A DNA stretch of 64,000 nt from Paraphysomonas bandaiensis (taxonomy: Eukaryota > Protista > Chrysophyceae): the NCBI GenBank assembly GCA_965644295.1, contig CBFFRP010000032.1:1-64000 (forward strand), written 5' to 3'. Each line of letters starts with the position of its first letter. Positions within the stretch are counted from its first letter, which is position 1. The notes beneath the pieces are model-generated. The model was not told where the DNA came from. It saw only the letters and a list, made by a program, of their open reading frames with translations, and did not search any database. Made by a program: the position numbers and the translations under genes. Shown here one piece after another: positions 48,162-61,078 of the stretch.

Positions 48162-50498
48162 TCCTACCACACAAGTCCAGAAAAATGAATTCTGTTTTTT
48201 TGTATGGGAGTGTGTGTAGGAGGGGGTTGAAGTGGAGATATTCTGGTCTGCAGAATTCAGCGTTTATGTACGTGATTCTGCGTTAATGTACGTCCCTCTT
48301 AACGACCATATCGAGCGTATGGCTGCATACAAGTACTTATATATATATAGTCTTGTAGAGGACTCTTATTACTACTATGTGCCTTACTGACAATATCTAC
48401 CGTGTGTAATCAGGTCAGTATTCCCAGTGAATAAGCGAACGTCATGAAATAACAAATATGTTCCAGTGGCCACCATAAGGCGCGATGACAACACCTAAGA
48501 ACTGTTTAAGTCTCGATATTAGGCAGTCTAATATCCCCTACCTCTCATTGGGTGGCTTCATACTCCACTACGGTTGCCACAAAGGTGTCTGGTATTACAC
48601 TTACCAGGGTCAGTCAGAGCAGTGTAAATTGATTGATGATAATTAGAATTGTTGTAGTTTCATAGAGATGTGCACAAACAGGTGATGGGGGAGTGCTTAA
48701 TTCCTGTCAGTTGTTTTTTTTGCGATCCGAGCCAGGAAATGCATTGACTGTGGCCACTGCCTTCGAATTGATTGGCAATCGAAGCAAGCCTTTGTAGTGC
48801 TACAGTTGAGAGACGTGTTGATGCGTATGCCGAACGGCAATGTCAGTGATGCCGTCAAATTACTTTTTAATGTTTGCATGTGTTGAAACGTTAAATATCG
48901 GGATGTACCAAAACCTTCATAAGATCAATTAGAAGCATATATATCGAGAGGACAAAACAAGAGTTATTATTGATAGTGATCCAAGTCAAGAACTATCCAG
49001 TATCAAGAATTATAGTCCAAAGCTTCATGGAATGTACAACTTGTGAAAGGTTTAAACTTGGCACAAAGGTGTACATGAATTTCTAAATGAGAAAGCAAAG
49101 AAATTAACTTCGATTAGTTTGGATATATATATTTTTAGTAAGCCAATCTTGCCTATGATTATTATTTCCGTAATTAAGTGTTTGAATCATCGCTTGGGGG
49201 TGTTGAAGTGCTGTCCGAGAAAGTTTCCGGTAGTTTTAATATTTATAGATTTTGTAGTGCGTATGTATTGAGTTATATCCACACATTAAACTACAACCAA
49301 CTCCATAATGGGGTAATAATATAATAAAAGCATACAGGGGTACTGAGGGGAGGTTGTAAGGCAATGAGGTAGCATACATGGGTGCCTTGGCTAGTGACTA
49401 TACCTAGGCAGTACGCAGAATTAGGAGAGAGGAGTGCATAATATTCAATTGTTATAATATATATATATATATATTTTCAAGATTATAAAAGCATTATAGA
49501 CATAGAATAGAGTGTACTTTGATGCTTTGGTTTCCTCTGGAGGCGATATGGGGGCTGATGGGGTGGTGCATGTAAGTGCTTGTGATTGGGGTATAATGTA
49601 CAATTAGTAGTTGGTGTGAAAAGAGTTTCCATACGTGTCAACATGTGTATAAAGCCAAAATATAGCTAAACATACAATGTTCATATTGTATACAATGTAC
49701 TTGTCATGTTTTTCATCATCTGGAGGTCACCTAACAGCCTCTGGTGGTTGACATATAGAGGAGAACTATATCTGTATTGGAATAGTAAATTACAAGCTTA
49801 TTATTATTATTTCTTGGGTTACCTGCTGTCACAGTATATATACTTATGATTTATATGTTTTTACGATATCTATGAAGGTGCACTCGGCTCAAGGGCTCAC
49901 TGTGATGAATACTGGTGATATGCATATTAAGGGTGTGAGCGTGTGTCAATGTGTTTCAACTCTGTACATATTTTCATACTCTCACTATAGAAAAGATAAA
50001 AGTTATACGCTCTATGAGTATAAATATATATAGACTCCGTATATTTAAGTCAACTTTTGGCCTTCTACTGCTCTTCTTCTTCATACTTACCAGATCGCCT
50101 GCTTGCTCAATAAGATGCTTAATAACGACTGGAATAACCCACTTAATGATGCCACGAATAAACCTCGTCTTATCTTTCCTTTAAAGGGCTGTGACATTGC
50201 TGTCTTATGTCGATATTGTCTTGTATTTGTTGCTATCTTTTAATGTGTCTATCACGTCTTTTATCTCTTCCACAGATAGAGCTCCATTATTGGGGTAAAC
50301 CGTATGCAATAAATTACCTTTTTTACATCTACCCTTTTCTTAATAGAATGCTGTATTTTTAGGGTAAAAATAGTAAAAATAGTAAAAATGGGAGAAAAAA
50401 ATAAATTGCCGCCATCCTTTAATCTGAGGGTGTGGGGAATAGTGAGTGGTGATGATGAGTGAGAACTTTTCTCGTTTTTCTGGACTTGTCTGGTAGGA
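48162..50498. mobile_element. 2.3-kb non-autonomous TIR element inserted in the minisatellite
   Basis: TIR TCCTACCACACAAGTCCAGAAAAA / TTTTTCTGGACTTGTCTGGTAGGA (1 mismatch in 24); 5-bp TSD AGGAG (48157-48161, 50499-50503); no long ORF inside. Confidence 0.85.
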
Positions 50499-51008
50499 AG
50501 GAGTATACGGGTTATCTCATAGTATAGGAGTATACGGGTTATCTCATAGTATAGGAGTATACGGGTTATCTCATAGTATAGGAGTATACGGGTTATCTCA
50601 TAGTATAGGAGTATACGGGTTATCTCATAGTATAGGAGTATACGGGTTATCTCATAGTATAGGAGTATACGGGTTATCTCATAGTGTAGGAGTATACGGG
50701 TTATCTCATAGTATAGGAGTATACGGGTTATCTCATAGTATAGGAGTATACGGGTTATCTCATAGTATAGGAGTATACGGGTTATCTCATAGTATAGGAG
50801 TATACGGGTTATCTCATAGTATAGGAGTATACGGGTTATCTCATAGTATAGGAGTATACGGGTTATCTCATAGTATAGGAGTATACGGGTTATCTCATAG
50901 TATAGCAGTATACGGGTTATCTCATAGTATAGGAGTATACGGGTTATCTCATAGTATAGGAGTATACGGGTTATCTCATAGTATAGCAGTATACGGGTTA
51001 TCTCATAG
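50499..51008. repeat. 27-bp minisatellite, right half (a partial plus 18 full units)
   Basis: Same unit, in phase with the left half once the insertion and one TSD are removed; three variant units. Confidence 0.98.
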
Positions 51009-51155
51009 CTAGCACTACTACACGGAATTCAGCCAGATAAATCCGCCACGGATGCGAGTTGATCATACAGTGTCTCTGTGGAGGGCGAGAGACTGTTACC
51101 GTTATCTGAGGAACATCTTGAGCTGATTCTCTTATAGCATAGCATAGACTGGACT

Positions 51156-52292
51156 ATGGGTCGAGCTATCTCCGCAGTACTCATTCTAGTGGTTGCTGTG
51201 ACCCTCCTGCTACCCTCTGCTGCTCTGCATCCTGCATGGAATCAGACAGTACGACGACTGAGCTCAAAGCACACACATATAGAGTGGTAATGTAGGAGTA
51301 ACCCTTACAGCTGATGCTGATATATATATACGTGTAGGCCTAATCTGATGTATGCTCCCAAGAACTATCCCGTATATAAACCACTTTTACAAGTTTTGCA
51401 AGAGTGGAATCCTGATAATCCAGATGCACCAAATGAGTTTAAAGAGACTTTACAGCACTTCAATTATAGCGATCCAATAGAAAGAGAAATCGCCACGAAA
51501 TTTCGAGAGGCCGAATTGCCATTCAAAGTATATGGTGTTCCTAACATAAACGAAGTCGTGGAGAAATGGACGAATGAATATTTGAGCGATCGTTTGAAGC
51601 GGGATGGCTCGATACGGACGGAGCGGTCAAAGAACAATCATTTTATGTTTTGGAAACGTAAGAATTACAAGGGGTTCAAACAACCAACTGATTACGTGAG
51701 TATGAGCTTTGATAAGTGGGTTTCATTGGCAGAGGCCGCTGACAGGGATAAGACAGCAGCTGAGACTGAGCACTACTATTTCCACAAGAGTGAACCAATG
51801 GGTGCTAGAATGAGTACATTTGTTGGGCGTGATTTACGTGATTTTTCTACCCCCGTAGATAATTTCTTTATAAGCAAGGTGTCAGCCAATAAGGGTATTC
51901 AATGCCGGTTCGGTATGCGAGGAATTATTGCAGAGACACATTATGACTCCGGTAGGAACATGGTTGCGATGCTCAAAGGCTCGAAGCGTTACATATTGAC
52001 TCCTCCTAGTACGTGCAAGTACCTGGGTATAATATCGGAGGTGAAGCACCCCTCCTACAGGCATTCTGTGATAGATTGGAGTGATATGAATCAAGCTCGT
52101 GCTAGTCGCTTTGACCAGGTCAGTAGTATCGATACAATTCTTCGAACTGGTGAGGTTCTTTATATACCATCATTCTGGTTTCATTACATTATATCTCTTG
52201 AGTATTCTATACAATGTAATTCTCGCAGTGGACCACCGCCATCTGGTATAGGGAAGCAGCACATTCAAGAATGCTTTGATAGGAATATTTAG
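51156..52292 (+). CDS. JmjC/cupin-8 2-oxoglutarate-Fe(II) oxygenase with N-terminal signal peptide or anchor (2 exons)
   Basis: AETHYDSGRNMVAMLKGSKRYIL (HxD) and GEVLYIPSFWFHYI; upstream exon MGRAISAVLILVVAVTLLLPSAA joined by a GT-AG intron at ~51287-51338. Confidence 0.85.
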
Positions 52293-52699
52293 ATTTAGTA
52301 CTCAGCGAATCAGTTTAGAACCAAACTCTGTCGCGCAATATCGCCCGTTGTATTTTTCTACCTTTGTTAGTAACCTATCCTTCAATACATGTAAATCATA
52401 ATGATTTTATTCGGGCTTAATTTTATCATACCGTCTAATTTGAAATTGAATATGAAGCTCTTTAGACTGAATTAGGACCAGGGAGCCATATAATGATATC
52501 TTTACTATCTGCTTTATTTCCATATTCAATCTGGTTGAATTAACTAGTCACACTAATTTGGTGTAAAAAACTCTCAAAGTTATAAAAAATAATGACATTG
52601 AAGGACTACACGTCCATAGTCCATAGGCAGCTCTCACACCTACTTCAGGACTAAAAATCCTAAAGTCAGCAGATGTCGGGTATATCAACATATCTGCAT

Positions 52700-52803
52700 G
52701 CAAAGTGATTGCCCTTGGTGCTTGCGGTTTCAGTAAATAGTAGGATATTAGAGTTAAGCACTGCCTCTTAACTCTTAAGCGCCTATTGCTAATTGCTAAT
52801 AAT
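52700..52803 (+). repeat. Truncated 3' fragment of the SINE-like family (opposite orientation to copies A-D)
   Basis: GTGATTGCCCTTGGTGCTTGCGG..AAATAGTAGGATATTAGAGTTAAGCAC..GCCTATTGCTAAT is the reverse complement of the family tail. Confidence 0.65.
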
Positions 52804-52869
52804 ATAAAATTCTCTGCCCTACGATGGCAAATACAGTCCAACATAAAGTTTCACTCTATTAACCAGCTC

Positions 52870-54293
52870 CAAGCCCAATGTCTCTATTGAGACTGTGGCT
52901 GAGTCACATCAGTGTGCCCAGGGCCTTTTACACTCCCTTACTGCTGCATTTTGTTGACCACCACGCTTCCGACAAATTACCTGTCACACCATGTTGTACA
53001 CGCTCCAAGCCCCCCTGCCTGGCCTTGCAACCTTCACCCTACTCAACTACTTCAGTTAAACCACGTGCCTGCACCAATGCAGCGCTGACCGCACCTACGT
53101 GCTATCCCCTCAGCAGACAACTTCGTCTCACCCATCGCTTTCTACGGCTACAACCTCTCAGAACATGGCTCGTGCGAGCAGGCTCACGAAAACGACCCCC
53201 ATGGACCCCCTATGCAATCACTGAATACTCTCGATCCCTCTCAACTGTGCAACAGGGCTGCCTTCTGCCGCCCACTCAGCCCAACCCAACATGGTTTGTC
53301 TGTGGTCCATCCACCCAGCCTCACCCTGTTCACCTATCACCCCCACAGCCCATCCATCTCATTGGATAGACACTGTATTCCGCATACGGTATACTCGACT
53401 ACTGTACTACTGTGTCCTACAGGATGTATACCATTCCGTGTATACCTCTACTGCTGTTGGACACATCACCATGTCCATGTACCTGTATACCGGTACTGTT
53501 GGACACATCACCAGCTCTCTCTCTCTGTCCAACACACTCATAACACCACTGCAGTGTCATACACACACACAGTACACTCTACCTCCTCCTAGAAAACCCC
53601 CGGACAAACTATCGCCTCTCCCTTACTGGGCGTACTGGTCCACCCACCATTCCTCCTTCCTTCCACAAACTCAATTCCTTCCATCTTATGATGTGTTTTG
53701 CTCCAACGATCACTTCTTCCTGGACACCAAATACCCGGTGGAGTTGGAACTACACGCGCTACTCGAGAGAATTCCTGACCTTGTCATCATGCGTCTCCAA
53801 AATGTGTTGCAATGTCATTCCAAGGGAATGCAAGGAGTCCACCGTGCCAGGTCCATCAACCATCCCTCCCACGCCCTTCAGGGGAAGGAATTCTCCTCCG
53901 ATAACAGCGGTGACGGACCCAGCAAATCGGACCTAGGTGCACTCAGGACCCTAATTCAGAATGCTGAGCCCCCTCCAAAACCAATGGAGACCCATCCCAA
54001 AGGGAGACCCCCAGATCAAAAGCGCCGGTGAGTCCACGGACACACGATAAAGGCGAATTTCATATCACACAAAAAGAACGGAAGTGGTTGCACCTTGGTG
54101 CTTGCGGCGACGCACAAGCAGCTTTCGTAGCGTTAAATAGTAGGATAAAAGAGTTTGTATTGATTAGTTACGGGTAGTGGTCTAACTAGTATGACTAGCA
54201 TTCTTCTAGCCACTAATTGATGCAAGGTCTCAACGCCTATTGCTAAATAATCAGACATTCACTACTTGCTAATAATAAGACATTCACTATAAT
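52870..54293 (+). mobile_element. Possible non-LTR retrotransposon 3' remnant sharing the SINE tail
   Basis: C-rich body with ORF 53291-54031 ending KPPDK...GRPPDQKRR, followed by the ~210-bp family tail (54080-54293) with a duplicated TTGCTA(A)ATAAT(C/A)AGACATTCACTA end; no RT motif visible. Confidence 0.45.
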
Positions 54294-54783
54294 ATGAATT
54301 TATTTATGCTAAATTTTTACACCATTTTTGGTGTGACTAGGAAATTTCACCAAATTAACTAGGTCCAATCAGTCCAATAATAGATTATTCATCCCTATAT
54401 TTCCAGTTTATAGCGAATAAAGTTTGACAAAAGGAATAAGAAATGCGAAAAAAGTTACATGCCTTGTTTGCTATTGCATCATTTTATCGCTGTAGTCTGT
54501 TGTACTCACTATTACTTCACACTCATTACGGTCAAATGAGTGGTATTCATTGCAATTGTTTTTCACTATGTATACCGCATTACGTACATTGCATCAATGT
54601 AACATTTTACAAGGTTAAGATATACAACCGAGGTCTTAATTCGAATTTCTATTATATACGCAATCACTCCGAAACAAGCAGATACACGTCAACTTGTTTA
54701 CGACCTAACAACACACCTGCCCACATTTATGGCAACATATATACAACACGATACTACTCTCATGGCATAAGGTTACGTCTTCA

Positions 54784-57033
54784 CTACTTGCGATTTTTTT
54801 CTGTGGTTTTTACCACCTTATTGTCGTTGTTGCGTGTGCTGAATCTCGTCTGCTGCTCTACATTCTTTCTACACCCGATAAGGTAGTCTTCTAATCTGTC
54901 CATGCGTTTATCGTCGTACTCTCTGAGCAAATCCATTTCCCATTCCGACCGCTTCTGGTCTGACAAGGAGGAGGCCGAGTGGGAATCAATGAGAGCAGCT
55001 GTCTCGAGATAAGAATAAGGAAGGGAAGATAGTGGATGATCAGCGATCCATACGCCGTTGATATGACCCTTCACTCCCCCTAGCTGGCTTTGGATTTCTG
55101 CAGGAAAGCACCTAAGGGTATGAAACAGTGCGCGCTGTGAAATAATGGGCTGAGACGGTGCTTGGATTTTGGTGGTGCCCGCTGTACCATTGGACTTCCC
55201 ACTACCACCTTTGGGTGGTAAGAGCTTGGCACTGGATCCCCTCTGACCACGCTGTGGTCCACTGCTATACGACCTTGACCGCCTATCGCTAACGGCTATA
55301 CCAGAAGGGTCTACAGAGTCAGAAAGCGCTGCTCCATCCGTCCCTCCTCCCTCTAGACGGCCTGGGGATACCGAATCAGATACACCTCCACCCATTGCCC
55401 CTCCACCCTTCGTACCACTCTTGCTACGCTGGGACCGGGCTCTTCTGTTCGCAGGACTATGACTACGGCCCCGACCTCTTTCTTCTTCTGCTACAGGTCC
55501 TGAAGAAGACAGAGATTTTTCCGCCGGTGCGCCCCATAGTTCTAACCGCATATTTTTTGGGCTACACGGTACACCTACCGCAGTGCCAGCTACTGTAGTC
55601 CGGCAGAGGGATTCTATAGTCCCAATGTACCCCTCGGCCGCTATAAAACGCATCTGACTGGTCAGTAATTCAAATATGTCCCGACAAAGCAGATCCGTGC
55701 GTCGCAATGGGTTGAGTCCTGAGCCATATGTAGGAGTATGGGCATGTAAAGCAGCAGCTAAAAGGGCAGCGGGGTCACATGCCGCGTCACTGCTGGACAA
55801 CACGTCCACTACGGGCATTCGCACAGAGGTGCCATAGTATCGGTCTAAATCATCTTCGCGGTAAAGGGAAAATCCTCCCACACGTGCTCCACAGTTCAAA
55901 TCTCCATCACCGGATACTCCGACAACACTAAATTAAACGACTACACATTAAACATTGCACACAATAAAACGTTAGGTGCTACCCACTTGCGCGTATTGAT
56001 GGCCAATCCGTCCTTCTCCAGAGTGTACCTCCGTGTCTCAGCAGCACTGAAGACTACCTCATCCACGCGAAAAACCACACACGCGCCCCATACATGCCAG
56101 TATATCTGCTCCCAGCTCATTCCCCCCGAGCTGTGTAGCAACTTCAGGTAGCTCGTCAGAGACCAATCAGGAACAGCCACGTGACGGCGCACGAGTTTTC
56201 CTCTGAATGCTACAGCCGCTTGAGCACTGCTGCACACTAGGGAGGCGGAGTGTACATCTAGGTACATCGTCGCACAATTGCTGCAGCAGGTAAGAGAGGT
56301 CGCAATCGACCGTGAACTCTTTGGCCCAGAACTTCGTCGAGAAAAGTCAAGCTCCACTCGACGTTTGTAGAGTTTGTTGAGCACTTTGTCCTTTCTGTCT
56401 TTAGTAGCGGCCAATAGCTAAGACATTAGTGAGTGAAAGAACATGACAAGTAAAAGAGCGAGGCGGTCGTACCTTGGCGGGTGTGAGGGCGGCCAGGCGA
56501 TTCAAAAGTCTCTCAGATATGCAGGATAGATCAATTGGTAATTTTATGATATCCCCAAGATGTTGTGCTATCTGAGATAGACACATGTCCACGAGCGTAT
56601 CCATCTGCAAAAAATCAGATGATATCAGGATTGAGACTACAAGGGCCTTCTCTAGTGGCGGAGGACGATTTGGGCGATGAATATATGACATGAGCCATTC
56701 AAATATTTCAACGTCACAGTGAACGGAAATATCAATGTCCTCATAGCCTGTCTCATTCTCCGCCAAGAAACTCTCAAAATACTTCATATGTTCCACCAGA
56801 ATATTCCGCTTACAGCAGAAGTCTTTTGTGATCTGTCGATTTTCATCACATACATGAATAAGTACAATGTCATCAGTTTGCTTCAGCTCTGAGATGGGTT
56901 TCTTCCAGTAGTCATCCTCTGATGACTCGTCAAAACTACCACTATGTAGTCTCATCATTGACGGCGACAGACAAGGCTTCGAAGTTGATTTGTGCTCGTA
57001 TTCAGAGTCTCCTGCTAACAATCTCATTAACAC
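54784..57033 (-). CDS. SANBR: SANBR/KIAA1841 (DUF3342, BTB-like) homolog, multi-exon; start not resolved
   Basis: IHVCDENRQITKDFCCKRNILVEHMKYF, DIDISVHCDVEIFEWLMSYI, VVSILISSDFLQMDTLV, KDRKDKVLNKLYKR and LLREYDDKRM. Confidence 0.85.
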
Positions 57034-57809
57034 AGCCTAACACAACGTACATCTCTTACCCATCCCTGGGAGTGGTCTTGATGATAGAGCAGTTGTTTAC
57101 ACTGCAGATTTAACTCAAGAGATTCTCTGCACCAGCTCTGTTGCAAAGGACTGTTTGTAAGGCACTATGAGTATGCTTCTATATGCTTTGGTATTATATT
57201 ATGGTGGAGGCAGTATACGGTTACACCTACAGCATCCCTGTGCAGATATATGAGACAGAGGGCTTATAAGTCTAGGCGAAACAATGAGGAGGGAAACTAA
57301 CAAGGATACCGAATGACATGATACATAACCAGAGCATAGATAGATATGCAGTGGAAGTGCTGGTTATGATGACCAGATGCATACTCTCTATGTGTGTGAG
57401 CTGCTGTACAGGTGCTCCACATGAAGAGTATGTATGCGTGTAGTTACAGAGACTGCTGCTGTACATACATACGTATACTCTGTAGTACAAAATATACACC
57501 ACTATCTTTGACCTCACCAGCAGCAGCTATCTTGTATTCTGTACTACAATCGTACTTTGTGCAGTCCTGTCGTAGTACTGCTGTATACAGTACTGTATTC
57601 CACCAAAAAGTACAGAATTTTCTCACCGAATGATCTGGAAACTTGTTTTCCTCCAATATTACTGTATCTTGTGTATGTATGTGTATGTATGTATGTATGT
57701 CTGCAGGCGTGTGTACTGAAGAATTTCCTGTGAGCTGTTTTATCATAATACATATGCGTGTATTAACACTATACGACATACATGACACTATCCATATACC
57801 ATAGATAAC

Positions 57810-59435
57810 ATGCTCTGTGTACGAAACAATCACGAGTCATTGGTTCGTGTATTAGGTAAGGACCAGGAGGGGTGTAATAGAGAGAGAGAGGAGGACCCCA
57901 TGGTTCATAACGGGAGATTGAGGGTGATGGAGGAGCCCAAGTCATACCCCTGTTACGTATACATTGACTCCAGAGTGGGGTATACGGTCTATGTGCTGCT
58001 CTTCATCCCTATGAATGAAGCTATAGAGAAGTACTCAATCCGATCCACGAGTCTCATATCTGGCAGCTGGATGTACTTTTTCTTCAGATTTAATTCTGGT
58101 TATGAGAGTGCTCTGCAGTTAATATCAGACATCAATGGAGTTGGCACATCTGGTGGTATGAGTGGAACCGATTTTATGGCCCGATATGCTAACGCTATCG
58201 ATAAGTGTGGTGTGGTACCTGAAAAGTTTGATATATCAGAGCTGCAGAAAAATTCAACCATGAGTTTCTGTGACAGCGACTGGGGACGGTGCCTTCACGC
58301 CACTTTACTGCCAAGAACAAGTGCATCACTTGCGTCGAATTCTCCTTCTTGTCAAACATTTCACCATATTTTTGAAGCAATGAGGAACAAAAATAAGAAC
58401 GGATACTACTCTTCGACTGTTTTGGAAAACTCACTGCAGAAAGGGGTGGATATATCATCTCTGTATGGTAACACCACTGAGAAAAAATCACGTGGTTGTT
58501 CCGTTCTGCTTTTGAAGAATGCTGAGGAGTCACCCCTCACAACTGACGATAACTGCTCGTCTTTTCAGAGCTCTCACATCGATTTTCCTTGGCTTTCTGC
58601 TGGCTATTTAATCCCTTCAGTACAACCTTCCACACCAACTCCTTCACTTCTTAATTCGTTACCGTCCCAAGAGATATCATCTCAACCCACTCCATCTCCA
58701 ACACTCGCACCTGCGCTGTTGTCGAACCAGCAGTCTGGCTGCGAATCGAGCTCGGAATGCTACGAATTTGAGAGCTCTTCAGAGGATAGTTCCGTAACAA
58801 TAAATCATACAGATGATAAAAACTTGGGTTCTGTTGATAGCACTGCTGAGGCCAAAAAACTCCTCACTTCTAGGGCCATGCATTGTCTGTACTCTATTTC
58901 ACGGGCAGATCTTGCCCGTTTTCGGAATATTCAAAAACCGGATCGTACACTTGTGTGTGCTGCTGCCTGTACCTGTCTCCTTCTTGACTTGGTACCAGCG
59001 GAACGCAGTCAGCGACCTCGTGACTATTGGAAAGCGTTTCGCCTCCTTCTGTCCGAAAGACATTTGGTGCTCATACTTGTCAGTGCGCTCAATGAGTACA
59101 TGAATGGAGACTTTTTAATTCCCAAGAAGAACTTAAGATTTGTATTGAAAATTCAAAATAGATACTTGGACAGCGTGAGATATGATGAATCGAGCTTAAC
59201 GAAGGCATTGGTGCTTTTCTCTCGAGCAGTGGTTGCCCAACAAGATGTACTGAGGGATAAAGTCTTAAAGCCAAGTGATAAATTTAAGGAAAATATCAAC
59301 CAAAAACGAGGCGTGAATAATGGGCACGTGAAGCTTGTTGAAGTTGTTTCAAAGAAGCCTAAGTGCTCCTCCTCTCATGTATGTAATATAGCAAGGCGTT
59401 CAAGACCATATCCAATGACTGCGTCACCTATGTAG
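57810..59435 (+). CDS. Hypothetical protein (541-aa open frame; true start and 5' exons uncertain)
   Basis: Long ORF with an S/P-rich middle and a helical C-terminal region; no family recognised. Confidence 0.6.
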   Translation: MLCVRNNHESLVRVLGKDQEGCNREREEDPMVHNGRLRVMEEPKSYPCYVYIDSRVGYTVYVLLFIPMNEAIEKYSIRSTSLISGSWMYFFFRFNSGYESALQLISDINGVGTSGGMSGTDFMARYANAIDKCGVVPEKFDISELQKNSTMSFCDSDWGRCLHATLLPRTSASLASNSPSCQTFHHIFEAMRNKNKNGYYSSTVLENSLQKGVDISSLYGNTTEKKSRGCSVLLLKNAEESPLTTDDNCSSFQSSHIDFPWLSAGYLIPSVQPSTPTPSLLNSLPSQEISSQPTPSPTLAPALLSNQQSGCESSSECYEFESSSEDSSVTINHTDDKNLGSVDSTAEAKKLLTSRAMHCLYSISRADLARFRNIQKPDRTLVCAAACTCLLLDLVPAERSQRPRDYWKAFRLLLSERHLVLILVSALNEYMNGDFLIPKKNLRFVLKIQNRYLDSVRYDESSLTKALVLFSRAVVAQQDVLRDKVLKPSDKFKENINQKRGVNNGHVKLVEVVSKKPKCSSSHVCNIARRSRPYPMTASPM

Positions 59436-61078
59436 TTACTTTCTAGCTTATGTTTATCTTCATATATGAAGTACTTGAAGTGTATGTGACTATTGAATCT
59501 TGCTTGTCTACTGTTGCAAGTATTTCACATATTCTTCTGTAAATCTTATTGTAACATAACGGTATCATATGTGCACATATTATACTATATAAATGACGAA
59601 TTTATTGTATTGCAAATGTGCTGACTGGATTTAATGTATTAGCGTTTTCTTTACTAATAATATTTTCTTTCCTACTTGAAGTACTTCCAGTGTCTGGACT
59701 ACATTTTCCTGCGTTGGGAGAGTGCTGATTTTTGTCTTTTATACACGCTACCAGAATATAGCCCTGTAGTTTACTTCTGCGTTACGTGCGTACAGAAATG
59801 AGTTACGTGCGTACAACTCAACATGCAGTAGCTAAGAATAGTACAGGGTATCAATATTCAATGTACAATATAACTAGCGACTACCGGATCTATAATTATA
59901 GATGTCAAGTTGAGTGTGCATGAGCTTGTGATACCATCATATAAGTATCAGGTGTCTCCTGACCGCTCCAACTACCGGCTAGAAGGTGACTCTCAAGCGT
60001 AGAACTTGGAGGTAGTTACCAGGTACTCTTCATCTGCTATATGCAGTGTGATATGTTAGTTAAATATTTTATATGGAATGTGATCCAGTTGATATCATTA
60101 GAAAGCTCGCGTAAATGTTTAGCAATAATACATGGATTAGAACTCTTGGGCATGTGTTTGGTGCATTTGAGAGCTCACCTTGTACATTTTATTTAGTTTT
60201 TCTTAGCGTAAGCTATTTATGTGCTCAAATTAACCGCAGCTTTGGCGATTTTTTAGAACAACAAATTGTTTATATCTTCAAGCACACCTATAACCTTCAA
60301 TGATATCATCAGTGTGTCAAAAAATATAAATGATTACTGTGCTAAATTGATATCTTTAGCGCTATGAAAAGTGGTTTTATTCCGATAATTAATTTCATAA
60401 CATTTTTATACAATTTAAAATTCTAATATGTTTATCATAGTTTCCCTACAAGAGTATCTTATCGAGATATGTACTAACTGCTGCCCATATCGTATCATGT
60501 GGAATGTGGAAGATATTTATTATTCCAGTCTACTACATCCGCTACTGCTGCAGTCATTGATTTTTAATTCCACCGAAAATAGCCTCTTTCTCTTCTTCCT
60601 CGTTCATTGAGTATTCTATGCTCTTACGTCTACACCTATACAAACTATCGAACAGTTTAGCTCCTAATAGGACTGTATATCAATTAACTGATATTGAAAA
60701 GGTTCTGCTGATTAGAGCGCTTTTATTCGGACGATGTGTTAGCATGAAACGCTAACTGAAGTTAGCAACCAAATGGAGCTAGTATTTGAACCCGTCCATT
60801 TCATATACTACATTGTACATATATCATATTCACATATAACATATATGACGATATATCTTAAGTCATAAGTAATGATTCTTATTTTCATAGAAACTGGTTT
60901 AGAATGTCACTTAAATGAAATTGAAAGGTAAGTAGTAGTAACATGAATATGTCGTTGACATATATCACACTAAAAGTACATGGATAGAGCCTGATATTTT
61001 AAATTACTTATCAACACCCATGGCGCGAACTATATTGTCACATCTGGCATTTCATGTTATTCCTTACAAACAGTCAAT

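Noticed and set aside
47448-48286. ORFs of 240 and 227 aa (ILLYYEITR / HSIGVYGLS repeats)
   Set aside because: Artefacts of a stop-free 27-bp unit running into the TIR.
47638-51008. CRISPR-like array
   Set aside because: Units are head-to-tail with no unique spacers, there are no cas genes, and the context is eukaryotic.
59783-59816. Short direct repeat GTTACGTGCGTACA x2
   Set aside because: Too short and isolated to interpret.
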